A stretch of DNA of 64,000 nucleotides from NCBI GenBank assembly GCA_964516925.1, contig CAZEXL010000006.1, positions 1,854 to 65,853 of the forward strand, written 5' to 3'. Position numbers and translations under genes: made by a program. Positions 57,477 to 64,000 of the stretch are shown in pieces. Source of the DNA: an uncultured Lachnospiraceae bacterium. GTDB taxonomy: Bacteria > Bacillota > Clostridia > Christensenellales > Pumilibacteraceae. How positions within the stretch are numbered: position 1 is the first letter of the stretch; each line of letters opens with the position of its first letter. The notes under the pieces were generated by a model. It was given only the letters and a program-made list of their open reading frames with translations. It was not told the origin of the DNA and did not search any database.

Positions 57477-57964
57477 GGATTTTGGGCATAGATCCCGGAT
57501 ACGCCACTATCGGGTACGGAGTTATCGACAAATTGCCTCAAGGTTTGAAAGTAGTGGATTATGGTGTTATAGAAACACCTAAAACCGAAAGTATTCCGGT
57601 AAGATTGGCTATTTTAGCCGATGCTATGAATAGTATAATAAAAAAATTCAAGCCGGATGCAATTTCCGTAGAAGAGTTGTTTTTTAATACTAATATCACT
57701 ACGGGTATAAAAGTCGCTCAAGCCAGAGGAGTAATATTGCTTTGTGCCATAAAAGAATGCGGACATTTATACGAGTATACGCCGCTTCAAATAAAACAAG
57801 CGCTTACCGGAAACGGAAGAGCTGAAAAAAAGCAAATACAATATATGGTAAAGGCGGTTTTAAAACTTAAGGAAGAACCGAAGCCAGATGATGCAGCCGA
57901 CGCTTTGGCAGCGGCAATATGTCATGCTCATATGGCAATATATAAACAGCGAATATTAAATTGA
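57473..57964 (+). CDS. ruvC: crossover junction endodeoxyribonuclease RuvC
   Basis: RILGIDPGYATIGYGVI, and a C-terminal DAADALAAAICH. Confidence 0.95.
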   Translation: MRILGIDPGYATIGYGVIDKLPQGLKVVDYGVIETPKTESIPVRLAILADAMNSIIKKFKPDAISVEELFFNTNITTGIKVAQARGVILLCAIKECGHLYEYTPLQIKQALTGNGRAEKKQIQYMVKAVLKLKEEPKPDDAADALAAAICHAHMAIYKQRILN

Positions 57965-57982
57965 CAAAACTTAGGAGGCGCA

Positions 57983-58567
57983 ATGTTTAACTACTTTATA
58001 GGCACGGTCAAGGAGCTGGGCTTAAGTACGGCAACTATTGAAACAAACGGCATAGGCTATGAATTTACCGTAAGTAAATATTGTATCAACAATATAAAGA
58101 TTGGCGACGTAGTTAAATTATTTGCTTTTTTAAGCGTTCGTGACGACGGCGTAAGCCTGTTTGGCTTTTATTCTAAAGAAGAAAAAGCGATGTTTTTGCG
58201 TTTAACGTCTATAAGCGGCATCGGACCAAAAAGTGCCATAAGTATATTAAGCGGACTTGCTTTCAATGATTTATGCGTGGCAATTGCGCACGGTGATGCT
58301 AAAGCGCTTAGCGGAATAAAAGGGATAAGCAAAAAAACAGCTGAACGCATCGTTTTGGAATTAAAAGATAAACTTAGCGAAGAGTTTGGTTTAGTGTCCG
58401 ATAGCGTTAAAAACGAAGTTGTTCAAGACAACGAAGCTGAAGATGCTGTTTTTGCTCTTGTCGCACTTGGATATGGCAAGCAAGAAGCTGCAAATGCCGT
58501 AAAGCGTATAGATACAAAAGGTATGTCGGCAGAAGAAATTGTAAAAGCTGCGCTTAAAAGGGGCTAG
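57983..58567 (+). CDS. ruvA: Holliday junction branch migration protein RuvA
   Basis: OB-fold N-terminus, HhH motifs ISGIGPKSA and [12 protein letters not shown], and a C-terminal domain III. Confidence 0.9.
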   Translation: MFNYFIGTVKELGLSTATIETNGIGYEFTVSKYCINNIKIGDVVKLFAFLSVRDDGVSLFGFYSKEEKAMFLRLTSISGIGPKSAISILSGLAFNDLCVAIAHGDAKALSGIKGISKKTAERIVLELKDKLSEEFGLVSDSVKNEVVQDNEAEDAVFALVALGYGKQEAANAVKRIDTKGMSAEEIVKAALKRG

Positions 58568-58569
58568 AA

Positions 58570-59649
58570 ATGTTTGATGAAGAAGAAAGATTTGTGACTA
58601 GTACAAAGCTGGATTTAGACGGAGAGGAAAATTCGCTTCGTCCAAAGTCGTTTGACGAGTACATTGGTCAACAAAAGATGAAAGAAAACTTGCGGGTTTT
58701 TATCGAGGCAAGTAAAAAGCGTGGCGAAGCATTAGATCACGTACTTTTGTATGGCCCTCCTGGGCTTGGTAAGACGACGATGTCGCATATTATTGCTGCC
58801 GAACTTGGTGTTCAACTGCGAATCACAAGTGGTCCCGCAATAGAGCGAGCGGCTGATTTGGTATCGATTCTTACTAATATTAACGAAAACGACGTTCTTT
58901 TTATCGACGAGATTCATCGTTTAAATCATTCGGTCGAAGAAATTTTGTATTCGGCGATGGAAGATTATGCGCTTGATATTATAATAGGGCAAGGCCCTAC
59001 CGCAAGAACGATGAGAATGTCGTTGCCTAAATTTACGCTTGTAGGCGCTACTACGCGAGCAGGTATGATAACGGGTCCGCTTAGAGATAGATTTGGCGTT
59101 ATTTGTAGATTGGAGCTTTATACGCCTAATGAACTTTCTCAAATAATACGACGCAGTGCGATAATATTAAATATACAGATTGACGATGACGCATGCTATA
59201 ATATAGCAAGTCGTAGCAGAGGTACGCCGCGTATTGCAAACAGATTACTAAAGCGAGTCGGCGATTTTGCATTAGTAAGTGGCAAAAAACGTATCGACAA
59301 TAAGTTTACAAACCAAGCGTTGCAGAATTTGGACGTGGATTCGTTAGGACTTGATTGCACGGATAGAAGAGTGCTCGAGGCTTTGATTCATAAGTTTAAT
59401 GGCGGTCCTGTCGGATTAGAAACTTTGGCGGCAGCTACTAACGAAGAAGCGGTTACTATAGAAGACGTAGTGGAACCATTTTTGTTGCAGCTTGGATTTA
59501 TATCGCGAACTCCGCGCGGAAGAGTCGCTATGCCTAATGCGTATAAGCATTTGGGCGAACAAATGTCGAAAAATGCGTTAACAATGTCGAAATATGCACT
59601 AACTCAGATCGGACTTTTTGATAAGGCGAACAACGATGAACAAAAGTGA
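58570..59649 (+). CDS. ruvB: Holliday junction branch migration DNA helicase RuvB
   Basis: [12 protein letters not shown], Walker [10 protein letters not shown], Walker [10 protein letters not shown], and [11 protein letters not shown]. Confidence 0.95.
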   Translation: MFDEEERFVTSTKLDLDGEENSLRPKSFDEYIGQQKMKENLRVFIEASKKRGEALDHVLLYGPPGLGKTTMSHIIAAELGVQLRITSGPAIERAADLVSILTNINENDVLFIDEIHRLNHSVEEILYSAMEDYALDIIIGQGPTARTMRMSLPKFTLVGATTRAGMITGPLRDRFGVICRLELYTPNELSQIIRRSAIILNIQIDDDACYNIASRSRGTPRIANRLLKRVGDFALVSGKKRIDNKFTNQALQNLDVDSLGLDCTDRRVLEALIHKFNGGPVGLETLAAATNEEAVTIEDVVEPFLLQLGFISRTPRGRVAMPNAYKHLGEQMSKNALTMSKYALTQIGLFDKANNDEQK

Positions 59650-60655
59650 TTTTTACTATGATTTGCCGCAAGAATTAATTGCGCAAACGCCTGTGGAGCC
59701 GCGCGATAGCGCTAGATTGCTTGTTTATGACAGATATAACAAGAAAAAACGAGATTTAATTTTCAAAGATATTACGAGTTATTTGCGCAGCGGCGACGTA
59801 TTGGTAATAAATAATACCAAAGTACTTCCCGCAAGAATCTACGGTAAAAAGCCCACGGGGGCGCACGTAGAGTTTTTGCTTCATAAAAGATTAAATCTTA
59901 CTGATTGGGAAGTCTTGGTCCGTCCGGCGCGAAAAGCCATGATCGGCGAAAAAATTATCTTTTCCGATAAACTAAGTGCGACCGTTTTAAGTATAGGTGA
60001 AGAAGGAATTCGAAACGTAAGATTTGATTTCTGCGGTGTTTTTGAAGATATACTAAACGAAATAGGTGAAATGCCTTTACCGCATTATATTCATACAAAA
60101 ATCAAAAACAATGATGATTATCAAACTGTTTACGCTAAGATAAACGGTTCTAGCGCAGCGCCAACGGCAGGTTTGCATTTTACACCCGAACTTATGGAAA
60201 GTATTAAAAGCATGGGCGTTGAAATCGTTGAAGTGCTTTTACACGTCGGATTAGGTACATTTAGACCTGTTAAAACCGACAATATTCTCGATCACAAGAT
60301 GCATAGCGAATATTTTTCCGTTAGCGAAGACGCAGCAAATCGTTTAAATAAAGCAAAGTCAGAAGGAAGAAGAATTATTGCTGTTGGGACGACGAGCGTT
60401 AGAGTATTGGAAAGCGCCGCTGTCGAAGACGGTAAAATTAAAGCAAGCAGCGGCAATACGGAAATTTTTATATATCCGCCGTACAAATTTAAAATGGTTG
60501 ATGCGCTTATTACCAATTTTCATTTGCCGGAAAGCACGCTTATTATGTTAATTTCTGCTTTTTGTGGTCGTGAAGAAACGTTGCAACTTTATAAGTATGC
60601 AGTTGACAAAGAATACAGATTTTTTAGTTTTGGGGACGCAATGTTTTTAATATAG
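59636..60655 (+). CDS. queA: S-adenosylmethionine:tRNA ribosyltransferase-isomerase QueA
   Basis: [31 protein letters not shown], and [10 protein letters not shown]. The start is set at the Met of MNKSDF (track start 59618 is also possible). Confidence 0.9.
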   Translation: MNKSDFYYDLPQELIAQTPVEPRDSARLLVYDRYNKKKRDLIFKDITSYLRSGDVLVINNTKVLPARIYGKKPTGAHVEFLLHKRLNLTDWEVLVRPARKAMIGEKIIFSDKLSATVLSIGEEGIRNVRFDFCGVFEDILNEIGEMPLPHYIHTKIKNNDDYQTVYAKINGSSAAPTAGLHFTPELMESIKSMGVEIVEVLLHVGLGTFRPVKTDNILDHKMHSEYFSVSEDAANRLNKAKSEGRRIIAVGTTSVRVLESAAVEDGKIKASSGNTEIFIYPPYKFKMVDALITNFHLPESTLIMLISAFCGREETLQLYKYAVDKEYRFFSFGDAMFLI

Positions 60656-60667
60656 TTTTATATTTAA

Positions 60668-61798
<1,131 letters not shown>

Positions 61799-61844
61799 TG
61801 CGATGAAAAAATTTTTATTTTTTTATTTTTAAGCGTTAAATTGC

Positions 61845-61873
61845 TTGCAAATATTTCTAATATTTTATATAAT
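61845..61873 (+). promoter_or_regulatory. sigma-A type promoter for rplS
   Basis: TTGCAA (61845-61850), 17-nt spacer, TATAAT (61868-61873). Confidence 0.55.
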
Positions 61874-61879
61874 GTATAG

Positions 61880-61948
61880 GTTGTGACTCGTATGTTCCGC
61901 TGGTTGAAAGATTGCAATCAAGAACATTACGCAAAAGGAGGTATAGTC
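61880..61948 (+). promoter_or_regulatory. possible L19-type ribosomal leader
   Basis: A ~70-nt 5' UTR between the promoter and the rplS SD (aaaggagg). Firmicutes rplS genes often carry an L19 autoregulatory leader. The consensus was not verified. Confidence 0.3.
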
Positions 61949-62290
61949 ATGGATATTATTAAGCAGTTAGAAAAAGAGTATATGAAGAGCGAAGTTCCCG
62001 AATTCAGCGTTGGCGACACCGTAAGAGTTTACGTTAAGGTTGTCGAAGGAAATCGTGAAAGACTTCAGGCATACGAAGGTATAGCAATTGCTCGTAAGCA
62101 CGGCGGTCTTAACGAAACCTTTACCGTAAGACGTGTTTCGTTCGGTGTCGGTATTGAAAGAACGTTCCCGTTGCATTCGCCTCGTATCGATCGTATCGAA
62201 GTTGTAAAGAAAGGTCGCGTTCGTAGAGCTAAGCTTTATTACTTGCGTAATCTTTCCGGCAAGGCAGCTAAGATTGTAGAAAAGAAATAA
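61949..62290 (+). CDS. rplS: 50S ribosomal protein L19
   Basis: [40 protein letters not shown]. The start is set at ATG 61949 after the SD, not the track start 61883. Confidence 0.95.
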   Translation: MDIIKQLEKEYMKSEVPEFSVGDTVRVYVKVVEGNRERLQAYEGIAIARKHGGLNETFTVRRVSFGVGIERTFPLHSPRIDRIEVVKKGRVRRAKLYYLRNLSGKAAKIVEKK

Positions 62291-62304
62291 TTTTTCAAAA
62301 AAAG

Positions 62305-62336
62305 AAGCTTGCATTTACTGCAAGCTTTTAATTTTT
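62305..62336 (+). terminator. intrinsic terminator after rplS
   Basis: AAGCTTGCA (62305-62313) pairs with TGCAAGCTT (62319-62327), followed by TTTAATTTTT. Confidence 0.75.
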
Positions 62337-62395
62337 ACGAATAACGGACAATTTTGCTAATTGTTCGTTTTTTTATTTTTTATATTTGCAAATCC

Positions 62396-62424
62396 TTGAC
62401 AAATTATTATCTTTCCTTTAAAAT
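62396..62424 (+). promoter_or_regulatory. sigma-A type promoter for the collagen-like lipoprotein gene
   Basis: TTGACA (62396-62401), 17-nt spacer, TAAAAT (62419-62424). Confidence 0.6.
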
Positions 62425-62429
62425 GATAA

Positions 62430-62618
62430 TACCACACTATTGCAAATACCCTTTATAGCCAAAAAAGGGGTTTTTTGCCGTTTTCTGCGATAAATCATAT
62501 TGGTAGCAATATGACTTTCGCAACATAATATCGCTGAAAATGGTATTTGAAATAGTGTGGTAACTATGCGAGATGAATATTCTACAGTGTCGTCTCGTAT
62601 AGGTGACGACACTTTTTT
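62430..62618 (+). promoter_or_regulatory. structured leader: 21-nt imperfect inverted repeats bracketing 91 bp, then an intrinsic terminator (inverton or riboregulator candidate)
   Basis: TACCACACTATTGCAAATACC (62430-62450) is the reverse complement of GGTATTTGAAATAGTGTGGTA (62542-62562) except for one position. The terminator is GTGTCGTC (62587-62594) with GACGACAC (62605-62612), followed by T6. The SD AAGGAGG is at 62626-62632. Confidence 0.5.
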
Positions 62619-62637
62619 ATTTATAAAGGAGGATATT

Positions 62638-64000
62638 ATGAAAGGTGGCAAAAAACTGCTTTTAACTTTCGCAATGCTTATCTTACTTTTAACTTTAACT
62701 TGTTCATGTTTAACGGCTTGCGAATATTTTAAGGGCGACAAAGGCGACAAGGGTGACGACGGTAAATCGGCATATCAAGTTGCTGTTGAAAATGGGTATA
62801 GCGGAAGTCAAATCGAGTGGCTTGCTTCGCTTGTAGGCGAAACGGGCGCGCGTGGTGAAACGGGAGCAGTTGGTGCTGCGGGTAAATCGGCATACGAGCT
62901 TGCTGTAGAAAACGGATATGTTGGTTCTGAAGCAGAATGGCTAACTTCTCTTATCGGTGAAACCGGGGCGCAAGGCTCAAACGGCAAATCGGCATACGAG
63001 CTTGCTGTTGCAAACGGATACGAAGGAACACTTGTTGAGTGGCTTGATTCCATAAGAGGCGACAAGGGAGAAACCGGAGACAAGGGCGATAAGGGTGACA
63101 AAGGAGAAACCGGCGAATCGGCGTATGAAGTAGCTGTTGCAAACGGATACGAAGGTTCTGAAACCGAGTGGCTTTCTTCGCTAGTTGGTAAGACCGGTGC
63201 TTCGGGTAAGTCGGCGTACGAGCTTGCCGTAGAAAACGGATATGATGGTTCGGTTCAAGATTGGCTTGCTTCACTAGTTGGCAAAAACGGAAACGACGGC
63301 GAATCTGCATACGCTCTGGCTCTTAAAAAGGGTTATGAAGGAACGGAAGAAGATTGGCTTGCTTCGCTTGTAGGACCTAAAGGCGACAAAGGTGACAAGG
63401 GTGACCAAGGTGATAAAGGTGACAAAGGCGATAAAGGCGATAACGGAGCGACGTGGCTAAGCGGCAATACTGAGCCGTCTTCGGACGTCGGCGTAGATAA
63501 CGACTTTTATTATGATTCTTCAACGTGCAACGTCTACAAAAAGCTCGACGGAGTATGGGGCGTTGTCGGCAGCTTTAAGGGCGATAAAGGTGACAAGGGA
63601 GAAACCGGAGACAAAGGCGATAAAGGCGACCAAGGCGAAACCGGAGTGGGCATAAGTAACGTTGTAATCGATTACACCGGCAGAGTCGTTATAACCATGA
63701 CAAACGGTGACACGTACACTATCGACGTTGAAGCTTCGTGCCTTCATGAATCGTTCACTTCATCGATAACTGCTCCGACTTGTTCGGAACGCGGATATAC
63801 AACATATTCTTGTACAAATTGCGGATATAAATATATTAATGATTATACACAGCCTACGGGACATCATTACTACAACAGATATTGCGTGTATTGTGACGAA
63901 GAAGAAACGTTTGGCAATATCGAAGTTGACACATCATGGCTATATTATTATCCGTATAAAATTAAGAACGATCAACAGCTTGCAGGGCTTGCGTATTTGG
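62638..64000 (+). CDS. collagen-like repeat lipoprotein, 3'-partial (absent from the ORF track because no stop lies in the window)
   Basis: Hand translation gives MKGGKKLLLTFAMLILLLTLTCSCLTAC (signal peptide with lipobox LTAC). Six SAYELAVENGYxGSxxEWLxSLxG modules then alternate with Gly-X-Y runs (GDKGETGDKGDKGDKGETG etc.). A Cys-rich segment follows (APTCSERGYTTYSCTNCGYKY...YCVYCDEEE). The frame is open to base 64000. Confidence 0.85.
   Translation, partial: MKGGKKLLLTFAMLILLLTLTCSCLTACEYFKGDKGDKGDDGKSAYQVAVENGYSGSQIEWLASLVGETGARGETGAVGAAGKSAYELAVENGYVGSEAEWLTSLIGETGAQGSNGKSAYELAVANGYEGTLVEWLDSIRGDKGETGDKGDKGDKGETGESAYEVAVANGYEGSETEWLSSLVGKTGASGKSAYELAVENGYDGSVQDWLASLVGKNGNDGESAYALALKKGYEGTEEDWLASLVGPKGDKGDKGDQGDKGDKGDKGDNGATWLSGNTEPSSDVGVDNDFYYDSSTCNVYKKLDGVWGVVGSFKGDKGDKGETGDKGDKGDQGETGVGISNVVIDYTGRVVITMTNGDTYTIDVEASCLHESFTSSITAPTCSERGYTTYSCTNCGYKYINDYTQPTGHHYYNRYCVYCDEEETFGNIEVDTSWLYYYPYKIKNDQQLAGLAYL
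62734..63642 (+). repeat. coding tandem repeats: 9-nt GGN-GAY-AAR type units (Gly-X-Y tracts) and ~90-nt SAYE modules
   Basis: Gly-X-Y tracts lie at 62734-62769, 63058-63120, 63373-63453 and 63580-63642. Shorter ones sit between the SAYE modules. Many units are near-identical at the DNA level (ggcgacaaa / ggtgacaag / ggcgataaa). Confidence 0.85.

Noticed and set aside
62430-62562. Possible c-di-GMP (GEMM-I/II) riboswitch, since these often precede clostridial surface-protein genes
   Set aside because: I could not find the conserved cores as I remember them (for example GGCAAACC...GACGCAAAGCC, or the GEMM-II CCGACC-type pseudoknot). It is kept only as an unclassified element pending an Infernal scan.
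62734-63642. Short near-identical direct repeats that might suggest a CRISPR array or a diversity-generating retroelement target
   Set aside because: The repeats are 9-nt in-frame Gly-X-Y coding units with no unique spacers of CRISPR size. No cas genes, reverse transcriptase or template repeat are present in the window.
62418-63747. Four minus-strand ORFs in the track (62418-62750, 62808-63101, 62951-63310, 63520-63747), some with striking SPLSPL / Pro-Ser repeats
   Set aside because: They are antisense shadows of the + strand collagen-like gene and its leader. GGN GAY AAR repeats read backwards give Ser/Pro/Leu repeats. None has an SD, and the + strand frame has a promoter, an SD, a signal peptide and an uninterrupted frame.
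62638-64000. Prophage tail-fibre gene (SAYE modules plus collagen triplets are phage-like)
   Set aside because: The upstream neighbour is rplS with its terminator. The protein has a lipoprotein signal, and no phage genes are visible. This cannot be excluded for the unseen downstream side.

Overview
This is an AT-rich Firmicutes (Clostridia-like) chromosome segment from an endospore former, judged from spoVAC-spoVAD-spoVAE, yunB and a Spo0A C-domain gene. All calls come from reading the sequence and the ORF track; no database search was run. I call about 68 protein genes, nearly all on the + strand and mostly core housekeeping. In order they include: pheST behind a Phe T-box, a U32 peptidase, mutS2, cysteine desulfurase-thiI, a convergent class A PBP, miaB-mutS-mutL-miaA, lon-engB, ylxM-ffh-rpsP-KH-rimM-trmD-rbgA-rnhB-yraN, alr, rsmD-coaD, DAHP synthase, tmcAL, pta-ackA, comFC, thrS behind a Thr T-box, infC-rpmI-rplT (L20-type leader, ATT start), yebC-radC-ruvCAB-queA-tgt, and rplS. 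There is one tRNA (Trp-CCA), no rRNA, no CRISPR array and one decayed IS3-family element. No recognisable defence system or prophage is present. Five parts look accessory. (1) 62.4-64.0 kb holds a collagen-like lipoprotein gene that runs off the window and is missing from the ORF track. Its ~200-nt leader contains a 21-nt imperfect inverted repeat pair bracketing 91 bp, followed by an intrinsic terminator; this could be a DNA inversion switch or an unclassified riboregulator, and it is the best lead here. (2) 25.2-25.9 kb, next to tRNA-Trp, holds an orphan two-gene cassette: a Lys/Cys-rich 107-aa protein and an untracked 52-aa membrane peptide, behind an attenuator-like leader. A stand-alone Spo0A C-terminal domain gene lies beside it. 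(3) 46.4-51.6 kb is a TetR-headed eight-gene redox/hydrolase operon with a perfect 28-bp palindromic operator candidate. (4) An orphan type IV pilin-like gene. (5) An orphan Cys-containing protein whose Shine-Dalgarno sequence is the 3' arm of the upstream terminator.
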